NCBI GenBank assembly: GCA_040753075.1
Contig: JBFMHA010000007.1
Location: 18,472 to 82,471, forward strand
Origin: Thermodesulfobacteriota bacterium
GTDB taxonomy: Bacteria; Desulfobacterota; Desulfovibrionia; Desulfovibrionales; Desulfovibrionaceae
Direction: 5' to 3'
Length of the DNA: 64,000 nucleotides
Both the position numbers and the translations under genes were made by a program. How positions within the stretch are numbered: the first letter of the stretch is position 1; every line of letters starts with the position of its first letter. Under the pieces are notes generated by a model that saw only the letters and a list, made by a program, of their open reading frames with translations, was not told the DNA's origin and made no database searches. Below are positions 48,668 through 58,011 of the stretch, one piece after another.

Positions 48668-49645
48668 TTAGCGGGCGAAGGCTGCGGCCAGGGCCGCGTC
48701 GTCCCGCACCCCGGCGGCCAGGAGCACGGCCAGCTTCACCCGCGCCTTCTTGGCGTCGTAGTCTCCGCCGGGAATGGCCCCGCGGGCGGTGAGGTCGCGC
48801 ACCCCGCCGGCGAAATCGTAGACCGGGTAGACGCGGCCCTCCTCGCAGGTGGTTGTGACGATGACCTTGACTCCCTGGGCCACGGCCCGGGACACGGCCT
48901 CGCAGGCCGCGGGCGGGATGTGGCCCCGGCCCTCGCCCTCCAGCACCAGGCCCTGGGCTCCGGCCGCGGTCGCGGCGTCGATGAGCGCGCCGTCGCCGCC
49001 CAGGGTGGCCTTGAAGATCTCCACCCGGGGGAAGGGCGGCCGGGGGGCATGGCATTCCCTGGCGATCGGCCTCTGGTAGACGGACACGTCGGCCTTGTCC
49101 ACGTAGCCCACGTAGCCGTAGCCGAAGCTGGTGAAGGCCTGGGGGTTGAAGGAGTGCGCCTTGCGCACCCGGCGGGCGGTGTAGAGCCGCTCGTTGAAGA
49201 GCACCAGGACGCCCATGCCCCGGGTCTGGGGCGAGGCAGCGGCCAGGACCGCCTGGCGGATGTTCACGAAGCTGTCCGTGCCCAGCTCCGAGGGAACCCG
49301 CTGGGACCCGGTCATGACCACGGGCTTGTCGCTGTCCAGGGTGAGGTCCAGGAAATAGCAGGACTCCTCCAGGGTGTCGGTGCCGTGGGTGATGGCCACC
49401 CCGTCCACCTCCGGGTTGGCCAGGGCCTCGGCCGCGCGGTCGCGCAGTTCGAGGAGCAGCTCGAAGGTCAGGTGGTTGCTGGGCAGCTGGAACACCGATT
49501 CGATGTCCACCGGGCAGGACAGCCCCAGGTCCTGCATGGCCAGGAGCTGGCCGCCGGTGAGACGGCCCGAGGAGTACAGGCCGTCCTGGGCGCTGTTCAC
49601 GCTGGCGATGGTGCCGCCGGTGGTGAGCACGACCACTTTGCCCAT
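48668..49645 (-). CDS. L-asparaginase family protein
   Basis: 325 aa. N-terminal VVVLTTGGTIAS plus ITHGTDTLEES and VVMTGSQR motifs. Confidence 0.88.
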   Translation of the reverse strand: MGKVVVLTTGGTIASVNSAQDGLYSSGRLTGGQLLAMQDLGLSCPVDIESVFQLPSNHLTFELLLELRDRAAEALANPEVDGVAITHGTDTLEESCYFLDLTLDSDKPVVMTGSQRVPSELGTDSFVNIRQAVLAAASPQTRGMGVLVLFNERLYTARRVRKAHSFNPQAFTSFGYGYVGYVDKADVSVYQRPIARECHAPRPPFPRVEIFKATLGGDGALIDAATAAGAQGLVLEGEGRGHIPPAACEAVSRAVAQGVKVIVTTTCEEGRVYPVYDFAGGVRDLTARGAIPGGDYDAKKARVKLAVLLAAGVRDDAALAAAFAR

Positions 49646-49673
49646 GGGGAACCTCCTTGGCGTCTTGCGCCGC

Positions 49674-50936
49674 TTAGTGGAACAAGGTGAGCAGGCCCGG
49701 GAAGAGGATGAACAGCGCCAGCATGGCCACGTAGACCAGGATGTAGGGGGCCACCCGGCGGCTCACGGTTTCGAGCTTCTCCCCGGCGATGTTGGAGGCG
49801 ATGAACAGGTTCAGGCCCACCGGCGGGGTGAACTGGCCCACGGCCAGGGCGATGATGGTGAACACCCCGAAATAGACCACGTCGATGTTCATGGACTCCA
49901 CCATGCCCATCATGGTGGGCACCAGGAGCACCAGGGCGGCCACGTTGTCCAGGAAGCAGCCCACCACCAGAAGAAGGCCCAGCACCAGGAACATGGCCAC
50001 GGTCTGGCTCTGGGTGATGGCCATGACGAAGGCGGCGAAGCCCTGGGGCACCTGTTCGGCGGTGATGATGTAGCCGAAGAGGTTGGCGGTGCCCATGAGG
50101 AACATGATGAGGGCCGAACTCTCGGCGGTGCTCTTGAGGATGGAGTACAGGCTCTTCAGGGTGAGGTTGCGGTAGACCGCGAAGCCCACGATCAGGCCGT
50201 AGAGGCTGGCCACTGCCGCGGACTCGGTGGCGGTGAAGGCCCCGGAATAGATGCCGCCCAGGATGATGCCGGGCATGACCAGGGCGATGAGGCTGTCCTT
50301 GACCACGGCCCGGGCCCGGCGGCCCGAGGCCGGCTCCTCGGGCGCGTAGCCGCGGCGGCGGGCGATGGCGTAGTTGATGCCGATGAGGGCGATGGCGATG
50401 AGCACCCCGGGCACGATGCCGCACAGGAACATGTCGCCGATGGAGGCCCCGGCCATGACCCCGAAGATGACCATGGTCAGGCTGGGGGGGATGATCAGGC
50501 CCAGCGCCCCGGAGGCCGCCACCACCGCGGCGGAGTAGCCCTTGCCGTAGCCCCTCTTGACCATGGCCGGGATCATGATGGAGCCGATGGCCGCGGTGGT
50601 GGCCGGCGCCGAGCCGGAGATGGCCCCGAAGAAGGCCGAGGCCCCGGTGGACATGTGGGCCAGGCCGCCCGGATAGCGGCCCACCAGGATGGCGGCCAGG
50701 GCCACCAGGCGGTCGGAGATCTTGGCCTCGGCCATGATGTTGCCGGCCAGCAGGAACAGGGGGATGGCCATGAACGGGAAGCTGTTCACCCCGTTGAACA
50801 GCTTCTGGGGCAGGATGAGGAAGGGGAGGTGGCTGCCGAAGTGGATGGCCGTCAGGGAGGCGATGCCCAGGCACACGGCGATGGGGATGCCCAGGAAGAG
50901 CATGGCGAAGAAGGCGATGAACAGGGTGGTGACCAC
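49674..50936 (-). CDS. dctM: TRAP transporter large permease
   Basis: 420 aa, polytopic, with typical DctM sequence (FLGIPIAVCLGIASL...FMAIPLFLLAGNIM). Confidence 0.9.
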   Translation of the reverse strand: MVTTLFIAFFAMLFLGIPIAVCLGIASLTAIHFGSHLPFLILPQKLFNGVNSFPFMAIPLFLLAGNIMAEAKISDRLVALAAILVGRYPGGLAHMSTGASAFFGAISGSAPATTAAIGSIMIPAMVKRGYGKGYSAAVVAASGALGLIIPPSLTMVIFGVMAGASIGDMFLCGIVPGVLIAIALIGINYAIARRRGYAPEEPASGRRARAVVKDSLIALVMPGIILGGIYSGAFTATESAAVASLYGLIVGFAVYRNLTLKSLYSILKSTAESSALIMFLMGTANLFGYIITAEQVPQGFAAFVMAITQSQTVAMFLVLGLLLVVGCFLDNVAALVLLVPTMMGMVESMNIDVVYFGVFTIIALAVGQFTPPVGLNLFIASNIAGEKLETVSRRVAPYILVYVAMLALFILFPGLLTLFH

Positions 50937-50940
50937 GGCG

Positions 50941-51423
50941 CTAGCCCTCCCTTCCCGGATTCGCGCCCCGGACCACGTCGGCCAGGAACAGCTCCAGGGT
51001 GTAGAGGATGGAGACCGCCGCGGACAGGGGGATGGAGAGCATGACCCAGCCCACCGGGATGCCGCTGCTCGGGGAGATCTGGAGCATGGCCCGGTCCGCC
51101 ACCTTCCATCCCTGGATCAGCATGACGAGCCAGAAGGCCAGGACGATGGCGTAGCTCAGGGCCGTGACCCCCCGGCGCAGGCCGGGGGGCATCTTGTCCA
51201 CCACGAGGGTGACCGCGATGTGGGTGCGGTTGCGCACCGCGATGGTGGAGCCCAGCATCACCACCCAGACCATGGCGTAGACGGATATCTCCTGGGTCAC
51301 GGTCAGCGGGTCCTTGAGTACGTACCGGTAGAAGACCTGGATGATGACCAGGGCGGTCATGACCGCCAGCGCTGCGGCGGAAATCCCCTGGATGAAGCGG
51401 TTCAACGTGGCCAGCGCCCTCAT
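50941..51423 (-). CDS. dctQ: TRAP transporter small permease
   Basis: 160 aa with 4 TM helices, lying 4 nt upstream of dctM. Confidence 0.85.
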   Translation of the reverse strand: MRALATLNRFIQGISAAALAVMTALVIIQVFYRYVLKDPLTVTQEISVYAMVWVVMLGSTIAVRNRTHIAVTLVVDKMPPGLRRGVTALSYAIVLAFWLVMLIQGWKVADRAMLQISPSSGIPVGWVMLSIPLSAAVSILYTLELFLADVVRGANPGREG

Positions 51424-51457
51424 GTCTCCTCCCTTCCGGCCCGTCCGGGGCGGATGC

Positions 51458-52543
51458 TCAGCGGGTCAGTAGCCTGCGTTTCACCTCGTCGCCCATGGCC
51501 GAGGTGCCGGCCGATCCGCCCATGTCCTTGGTGCGCACCTCGCGGGCGGCCAGGGCGGCGCGCACTGCGGCGTGCAGGTCCGCGGCCGGCTCCTCCATGC
51601 CCAGGAACTCCAGGAGCATGCGCATGGCCTCGATGGAGGCGATGGGGTTGGCCACGTTCTTGCCTTCGTACTTGGGCGCAGAGCCGTGGATGGGCTCGAA
51701 CATGGAGGGGAAGCGCCGCTCGGGGTTCAGGTTGCCGCCGGCGGCGAATCCCATGCCGCCCTGGAGCATGGCCCCCAGGTCGGTGATGATGTCGCCGAAG
51801 AGGTTGGAGGCAACCACCACGTCGAAGTACCCGGGGTTCTTTACCATCCACATGGTCATGGCGTCCACCAGGGCCATGTCCGTGGCGATGTCCGGGTAGT
51901 CCCGGGCCACCTCGGCGTACACCTGGTCCCAGAAGACCATGGAGTAGTTCAGGGCGTTGGACTTGGTGCAGTTGGTGACCATGCCCTTGCCCGGCCGGAC
52001 CGGATCGCTCTTGCGCTTGCGGGCCAGGTCGAAGGCGTAGCGCATGACCCGCTCGCAGCCCTTGCGGGTGAACACCCCGGTCTGCAGGGCGAAGCCGTCC
52101 GGCGAGCCGGGCTTGAAGATGCCGCCCACGGCGCTGTACTCGCCCTCGGTGTTCTCCCGGACGACCACCATGTCCAGGGTTTCGGGGGTGCAGGTCAGGA
52201 CCGGGGTGGCCACCCCGGGCAGGAGGGTGATGGGCCGCAGGTTCACGTACTGGTCGAAACCCTTGCGGATGGCCAGGAGCATGGTCAGGGACACGTGGTC
52301 CGGCACCTTGCCCGCGTCGCCGATGCAGCCCAGGAAGATGGCGTCGAATCCCGCGAGGGTGTCCAGGGCGCTGTCGGGCATCATGCAGCCGTGCTGCAGG
52401 TAGTGGTCGCATCCCCAGGGGAGCCACTGGAGGTCCATGTCCAGGCCGTGCTTCTCGGACACGGCTTCGAGCAGCTTGACAGCCTCGGCCGCGACTTCGC
52501 GGCCCACGCCGTCGCCGGGGATGATGGCCAGGCGGTGCGCCAT
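51458..52543 (-). CDS. Tartrate dehydrogenase / D-malate dehydrogenase family (isopropylmalate-dehydrogenase fold)
   Basis: 361 aa. Contains IAIIPGDGVGREV, NLRP, VRENTEGEY and NLFGDIITDLGA motifs. Confidence 0.88.
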   Translation of the reverse strand: MAHRLAIIPGDGVGREVAAEAVKLLEAVSEKHGLDMDLQWLPWGCDHYLQHGCMMPDSALDTLAGFDAIFLGCIGDAGKVPDHVSLTMLLAIRKGFDQYVNLRPITLLPGVATPVLTCTPETLDMVVVRENTEGEYSAVGGIFKPGSPDGFALQTGVFTRKGCERVMRYAFDLARKRKSDPVRPGKGMVTNCTKSNALNYSMVFWDQVYAEVARDYPDIATDMALVDAMTMWMVKNPGYFDVVVASNLFGDIITDLGAMLQGGMGFAAGGNLNPERRFPSMFEPIHGSAPKYEGKNVANPIASIEAMRMLLEFLGMEEPAADLHAAVRAALAAREVRTKDMGGSAGTSAMGDEVKRRLLTR

Positions 52544-52629
52544 GGGGGATGCTCCTTATGATGCCTGTTGCAGGTTGGCGAGGACGGAGAAAAGGCGGCG
52601 GGAAGGAGCGCTTCCCGCCGCCGGATTTG

Positions 52630-53616
52630 CTACTTCAGGGTCTTCTGGATGTCGTCGATGATGGCGGCGTCGAGCTTGGTCCGGAACTTGTCGATGACCG
52701 GCTTGACCTTCTCCTGGAAGGGCTTGTTGTCGACGTCGTTGATCTTCATGCCCTTGGCGGCCACCTCTTCCCACTGCTTCTTCTCCAGGTCCTCCACCAT
52801 CTTGGTGTGAACCGGGCCGAGCTCGCGGGCGGTGTCCAGGATGGCCTTCCGGTACTCCTCGGGCATGCCGTCCAGGAGGGCCTTGTTCATGATGAGGGGC
52901 GAGGAGAGGTGGATGTGGTTGGTGCGCGAGACGAACTTCTGCACCTCGTAGAACTTCTGGGTCAGGATGTGCGCGGGCGGGTTCTCCTGCGCGTCCACGG
53001 TGCCCAGCTGCAGGGCCGAATACAGTTCGCCGAAGGAGATGACCGTGGGGCCGGCGCCCAGGGCCTTGAAGGTCTCCACGAAGACCTCGCCTTCGGGCAC
53101 GCGGATCTTGATGCCCTTGAGGTCGTCGGGGACGTTGATGGGCCGCTTGCTGTTGGTGATGTGGCGCATGCCGTTGTCCCACCAGCCGATGACCACCGCG
53201 CCGTGGGGCTCCATCTTCTTGGCCAGGCGGTCGCCGATGGGGCCGTCCAGGACCTTGCGCACGTCCCACATGTCCTTGAACAGGAAGGGCAGGTTCAGGA
53301 TGCCCATGTCCTTCACCCAGTTGGAGAGCACGGTGTCCGAGGTGAGCACCATGTCATGGGTGCCGATCATGCAGCCCTCCACCGACTCCAGCTGCTTGCC
53401 GAGCTGGTCCGCGGGGAAGATCGCGATCTCCACTCCGCCGCCGGTGCGCTGCTTCACCAGGTCCGCGAACTGGGTGCAGATGGTCTGGTAGTGGTGGTTG
53501 GGGGCGCCGGTGTGGCCCAGCTTGAGCTTGTAGGTTTTGGCCGCCAGGGCTCCGCCGGGCAGGCCGGCCAGGAAGATGAGCGCCAGGGCCAGGGAGAGGA
53601 ACCGTTTCGTCCGCAT
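52630..53616 (-). CDS. dctP: TRAP transporter substrate-binding protein
   Basis: 328 aa from ATG 53616. Signal peptide MRTKRFLSLALALIFLAGLPGGALAA and DctP-type sequence (YKLKLGHTGAPNHHY, IRVPEGEVFVETFKALGA). Confidence 0.88.
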   Translation of the reverse strand: MRTKRFLSLALALIFLAGLPGGALAAKTYKLKLGHTGAPNHHYQTICTQFADLVKQRTGGGVEIAIFPADQLGKQLESVEGCMIGTHDMVLTSDTVLSNWVKDMGILNLPFLFKDMWDVRKVLDGPIGDRLAKKMEPHGAVVIGWWDNGMRHITNSKRPINVPDDLKGIKIRVPEGEVFVETFKALGAGPTVISFGELYSALQLGTVDAQENPPAHILTQKFYEVQKFVSRTNHIHLSSPLIMNKALLDGMPEEYRKAILDTARELGPVHTKMVEDLEKKQWEEVAAKGMKINDVDNKPFQEKVKPVIDKFRTKLDAAIIDDIQKTLK

Positions 53617-53763
53617 GACCGCCTCCTTGCATCCGCGATGAGTGGCTGTTGAGGGCGGACCCGGGGGCAGCCGCTGGCCGGCTTCGGCAGCCGACCGGTT
53701 CGGCGAGGACGCCGCCGGGCCGTATTCCGAGACGCAGCGGAAACCTAAGCCCACCTGTAGCCT

Positions 53764-53794
53764 GAAGTCAAGACATCATACATCAGATGACTTC
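53764..53794. promoter_or_regulatory. Candidate operator in the dctP/GntR divergent region
   Basis: Inverted repeat GAAGTCA (53764-53770) / TGACTTC (53788-53794) with a 17-nt spacer in an AT-rich patch. The direct repeat TTTTGACT occurs twice at 53798-53819. Confidence 0.3.
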
Positions 53795-53962
53795 TGTCTT
53801 TTGACTGCTGTTTTGACTTTGCCGCGTTTCGGTCCTATGAGACTGGCGGCATGGCCGCTCCGTCCCGCCCCGGGCAGGAACGGCCGCTGCCCGCCGCAAC
53901 GCCCCTGGATCGCAACAGATGGAGCGCCCCGGCCCCGGGCCGGGAGGACTCCGGAGTGCCCC

Positions 53963-54709
53963 ATGACCATCCGCCGCCACGAGACCGCATCCCTGGCCAC
54001 CCCCCTCAAGAAGGGATCGGTGGTGGTCGAGATCATCGACCGCATCAAGCGGGCCCTGCTCAACGGGGAGATCGGGCCCGGGGACTTTTTGCCCTCGGAG
54101 ACCGAGCTGACCCGCAGCCTGGGGGTCGGCAAGTCCAGCGTGCGGGAGGCGATGAAGATGCTCCAGGCCATGGGCATTGTGGAGGTGCGGCAGGGGCAGG
54201 GGACCATGATCCGGGAGACTCCGGGCAACGACTATCTGGACTCCATGGCCTTCCACCTGCTGCTCACCCGGAAGTTGTCCCGGGACGTCCTGGAGTTGCG
54301 GCGCATGTTCGAGCCGGCCTACACGCTGATGGCCATGCGCCAGGCCACGGAAGAGGACGTGGCCCGCATCGGGGCGGCGGTGGAGCGCCTGGAGCGGGCC
54401 ATCCGGCGCGGCTCCCAGCAGGCCGAGGACGACATGGCCTTCCACCAGGCCATCCTGGACGCCACCCACAACCCGCTGGTGGTGCGCATCGGCGAGACCC
54501 TGATGCAGCTCTACGAGGCGTCCATCGGCACGTCCATGAAGCTCATCCCGGACATCGCCCTGGCCGACCACAAGGCCATCTACGAGGCGTTCAAGGCCAG
54601 GGACGAGGCCGCGGTGCGGGAGGCCATCGAGCGCAGTTCCGAGCGCTGGAAGGCCTGCCTGGAATACGCCTCCGGCGAGGAAGGAAAGGGCAAGGGCGGC
54701 GAGAACTAG
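53963..54709 (+). CDS. GntR/FadR-family transcriptional regulator
   Basis: 248 aa from ATG 53963. Winged-helix segment LPSETELTRSLGVGKSSVREAMKMLQAMGIVEVRQGQGT plus a helical FCD-type C-terminal domain. Confidence 0.85.
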   Translation: MTIRRHETASLATPLKKGSVVVEIIDRIKRALLNGEIGPGDFLPSETELTRSLGVGKSSVREAMKMLQAMGIVEVRQGQGTMIRETPGNDYLDSMAFHLLLTRKLSRDVLELRRMFEPAYTLMAMRQATEEDVARIGAAVERLERAIRRGSQQAEDDMAFHQAILDATHNPLVVRIGETLMQLYEASIGTSMKLIPDIALADHKAIYEAFKARDEAAVREAIERSSERWKACLEYASGEEGKGKGGEN

Positions 54710-54718
54710 GGGCCGGGC

Positions 54719-56959
54719 CTACTTCTGCTCCATGCGGAAGACTCCGTCCCAGTCCTCGGGCAGTTCGCGGCCGGCGAAGTCGCGGCAGCGGGCGATGAAC
54801 GCGGCGCAGGGCCCGTCGCCGGGCCGCAGGGCCTGGAGGCGGGCGAAGGTCTCGGCCGCGGCGTCGAAGCGGCGCATGAAATAGAGCTCCAGTCCCTCCT
54901 CGAAGGCCGTGGCGAAGTCCAGGTCCGCGGCGGCGGCCGCGGCGCGGGGGAGCATGAGTTCGTAGATGTACAGGGGCTCGCGTTTGCCCTTGACCGCCAC
55001 CCGGTCCAGGCACCGGGCCAGGACCTCGCCGGACACCGCCTGGTAGGTGGTGGCGGACGCCACGCACCCCACCCCGTAGTGCTTGCACAGCCCTTCCAGC
55101 CGGCTGGCCAGGTTCACCCCGTCGCCCACCGCGGTGTAGTTCAGGCGAGAGGCCGCGCCGATGTTGCCCACCAGCACGGTGGCCGTGTGCAGGCCGATGC
55201 GGATGGCGAAGCCGGGCAGCCCCCGCGCGCTCCAGTCCGCGCGCAGCCGGTCCATGGCCGCCTGCATGGCCAGGGCCGCGCGGCAGGCCGCGGCCGGGTG
55301 GCCCTCCACCTCGGCCGGGGCGTTCCAGAAGGCCATGACGGAGTCGCCGATGTACTTGTCCACCGTGCCCCCGTGGTCGTGCACGATGGCGCTCATCTCC
55401 TCCAGGTATTCGGCCAGCAGCCCCACCAGGGCCTGGGGGTCCATGGTCTCGGCGATGGAGGTGAACCCGGCGATGTCGCTGAACAGGATGGTCAGCTCCC
55501 GCTTCTCCCCGCCCAGTTCGGCCTCCAGGCCGGAATCCATGAGGCTGCGCACCAGGTTGGCCGGCACGTACTTGCGGAAGGAGCGCAGGCCGGATTTCAT
55601 GCTCTCGAAGGAGTCGGCCATCCGCCGGATCTCCCGGAATGGGCTGCGCACGTCCGCGGCGTGGTCCAGGTCGAAGCTCCGGATGCGGCGGGCCTCCTCG
55701 GCCAGGGCGGTGAGGGGTTCGGTGATGCGGCGGCTCATGAGCAGGCCCAGCAGGATGGCCAGCAGGGTGAAGCCCGCGGAAGCGCCCGCCGTGAGCAGGC
55801 CGGTCTGGCGCACGTCGCCCAGGAAGTCGTCCTCCGGGGCCACCACTCCCACCAGCCAGGGCCAGCCGTAGCTGCCGGGAAAGGGCGCGAACATGGCCAG
55901 GTGGCGGCGGCCGCCGGCCTCGAAGGCCAGGGTGGTGCGTTCGGCCAGGGGCAGGGGCTCCCCGGCCCGGGTTCCGCATTCGGCGCGCAGGGCGGCCCAG
56001 GCCGCGGCCGGGGCCGGGTCGGACACGCGGTCCAGGGTGTTGGGCCGGGCGGATTCGCCCTGGCCCTGCATGAGCTGGCCGGTGTCCGGGTAGGCCACCA
56101 GTTCGCCAGCGGTGGTGGCGATGAAGGCCCGGCCGTTCTTGCCGATGCGCAGGTCCTTGAGGAACAGGGAGAGGTCCTTGAGCGCGATGTCCAGGCCGAA
56201 CGCCCCCAGCAGGCGGTCGCCGCTGTAGGCCGGCACGGCCGCGGCGATGCCCGGGTCGCCCTCGGCGTTGACCGGGTAGACTCCGGTCCAGGCCAGGCCG
56301 CCGGCGGCCTTGGCCGCCAGGTACCAGGGCTGGGTCCGGGGATCCATGGTCTCCAGGGGATCCTTGACCCGGCGCACCACCGAGCCCCCGGGATCGCGGT
56401 GCAGCCACACGGCCTGCACGCAGGGGGCCAGGAGCCGGGCGGCCCACTGGGCCTGGCCGGCCTGCACCATCTCCTCGGCCCGGACCGCGGCCGCGGCGCA
56501 GGACGCCGAGTTGTCCAGCCGCACCAGGTGTTGGGTGGAGAGCGAGCCGTCGGGCATGCGCTTGACCATGAAGAAGTTGCCGTCCTCGTCGCCCAGGAAG
56601 GCGCTGGCCAGGAGATGGTTGACCCGCATCTCCTCCAGGTACAGGGAGAGCAGGCTGCTCAACTGGCGGACGCGCTCCCGCTGCTCCAGGGCCCGGGCGT
56701 AGTCGATGGAGAAGAGCGGGGCCTTGGCCGCGGCGGCGTTCAGGCGCAGGAGCCGCTCGGCCTGGCCCAGGTGGGCCAGGGTTTTCTCGAAGGTCTGGTC
56801 GCTGGCCTGGGACATGAGCCGGTAGGCCATCTCGCGCAGCGACGCGGCGGAGCTGGCGTAGTTCAGGCCGAGCACGGCCAGGCAGGCCAGGGCGATGAGC
56901 CCGGCGATGGCCAGGGGCAGGGTGATGCGCAGGCGCAGGCCGGAACGGAATCTGGGCAT
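54719..56959 (-). CDS. Class III adenylate/guanylate cyclase with Cache-like sensor, HAMP and C-terminal helical extension
   Basis: 746 aa. Layout is TM, ~330-aa sensor, TM, HAMP, then the cyclase domain (LTILFSDIAGFTS, KYIGDSVMAFWNAP, NYTAVGDGVNLASRLE). Confidence 0.88.
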   Translation of the reverse strand: MPRFRSGLRLRITLPLAIAGLIALACLAVLGLNYASSAASLREMAYRLMSQASDQTFEKTLAHLGQAERLLRLNAAAAKAPLFSIDYARALEQRERVRQLSSLLSLYLEEMRVNHLLASAFLGDEDGNFFMVKRMPDGSLSTQHLVRLDNSASCAAAAVRAEEMVQAGQAQWAARLLAPCVQAVWLHRDPGGSVVRRVKDPLETMDPRTQPWYLAAKAAGGLAWTGVYPVNAEGDPGIAAAVPAYSGDRLLGAFGLDIALKDLSLFLKDLRIGKNGRAFIATTAGELVAYPDTGQLMQGQGESARPNTLDRVSDPAPAAAWAALRAECGTRAGEPLPLAERTTLAFEAGGRRHLAMFAPFPGSYGWPWLVGVVAPEDDFLGDVRQTGLLTAGASAGFTLLAILLGLLMSRRITEPLTALAEEARRIRSFDLDHAADVRSPFREIRRMADSFESMKSGLRSFRKYVPANLVRSLMDSGLEAELGGEKRELTILFSDIAGFTSIAETMDPQALVGLLAEYLEEMSAIVHDHGGTVDKYIGDSVMAFWNAPAEVEGHPAAACRAALAMQAAMDRLRADWSARGLPGFAIRIGLHTATVLVGNIGAASRLNYTAVGDGVNLASRLEGLCKHYGVGCVASATTYQAVSGEVLARCLDRVAVKGKREPLYIYELMLPRAAAAAADLDFATAFEEGLELYFMRRFDAAAETFARLQALRPGDGPCAAFIARCRDFAGRELPEDWDGVFRMEQK

Positions 56960-57072
56960 GCGGGTCCGTTGTCCTGGGTTCTCCAGTGATGACGCCGCGC
57001 TACACTACACCGGCCGGAGAGGCAGGGCAAGCGATGCGCCGGAAAAGGCGGGAAACCGGTGTTCTGGACAAA

Positions 57073-57115
57073 TTCTAGAAAATTTCTCGACACCCGGCAG
57101 GCCATGGGCTATATG
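57073..57115 (+). promoter_or_regulatory. Candidate sigma-70 promoter with adjacent palindrome for the MerR-like gene
   Basis: TCGACA (57087-57092), a 17-nt spacer, then TATATG (57110-57115). The 8-bp palindrome TTCTAGAA (57073-57080) lies just upstream. The ATG at 57151 is ~30 nt downstream of the predicted TSS. Confidence 0.35.
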
Positions 57116-57150
57116 GGTTTTGCGCGGTGATGAACAACTGAGCAACCGGC

Positions 57151-58011
57151 ATGAAGACCCCCCACTACAGCCTGCGCGAGATCGGCCGGATGCTCGGCAT
57201 TCCGCCGTCCACGGTGGTCTACTATCGGGACCGCTTCGAGTCCTGCCTGCCCCGGCCGCTGGGCCGGGGGCGCAACCGGCGCTATCCGCAGGAGGCCCTG
57301 GCGGTTTTCGGGAGGATCCGGGAGATGTTCGAGATGAACCTGAGCGCGGAAGCGGTGGAGCGGGAGCTGGCCTCCCGGGCCAAGGCCCGGGGCCGGGATC
57401 CGGAACCCGGGGTGTCCGGGCCCATGGCCGGGCTCCTGGCCCGGCTGGACAGCCTGCTGGCGGACCAGGCCCTGTACCGGGGAGAGCTTGCCGCCCTGCG
57501 CCGGGAGCGGGAGGCCGAGGCCCGGGCCGCGGCGCGGCGCATCGCCGACCTGGAGGCCGCGGCCGCGGCCCTGCGCGCCGACCGGGAGCGTCTGGAGGCG
57601 CGGCTGGCCGAGCTCATCCGCCGCTCCAATCCCCTGCGCAGCCGGCCGGGCCGGGATTTCCTGCGCCTGCCCCTGGTGGTCCGCTCCCGGGGCGAGTTCC
57701 TGGGGGTGAGCGGCAAGGCCGGGGCCACCCTGAGCCTGGAGGGGTTCACCGGGCTCATCCAGCGCAACGCCGACGCGCTGCGCGACGTGGACATGGACTG
57801 GGAGCAGGCGGGCGAGGGCTTCGTCCTGGCCGTGCGCGTGACCGACCGGGCCGCGGGCCGGCGGCAGGAGCTGCGCCTGGAGGCGGCCGAGACCACCACC
57901 CCCAGCGGCAACCGGGTGGTGGAGGTGCGCGGCCTCACCCTCGACGGCCGCGAGGCCCCGGAGCCCATGCTCCTCACCCTGTTCCGGCAGATCCGGGACC
58001 AGTACCTCTAG
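57151..58011 (+). CDS. MerR-like HTH protein with coiled-coil and unknown C-terminal domain
   Basis: 286 aa. N-terminal YSLREIGRMLGIPPSTVVYYRDRF...RRYPQEALAVFGRIREM, a central Ala/Arg/Glu-rich coiled-coil-like stretch, and a ~110-aa C-terminal region with no recognised family. Confidence 0.65.
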   Translation: MKTPHYSLREIGRMLGIPPSTVVYYRDRFESCLPRPLGRGRNRRYPQEALAVFGRIREMFEMNLSAEAVERELASRAKARGRDPEPGVSGPMAGLLARLDSLLADQALYRGELAALRREREAEARAAARRIADLEAAAAALRADRERLEARLAELIRRSNPLRSRPGRDFLRLPLVVRSRGEFLGVSGKAGATLSLEGFTGLIQRNADALRDVDMDWEQAGEGFVLAVRVTDRAAGRRQELRLEAAETTTPSGNRVVEVRGLTLDGREAPEPMLLTLFRQIRDQYL

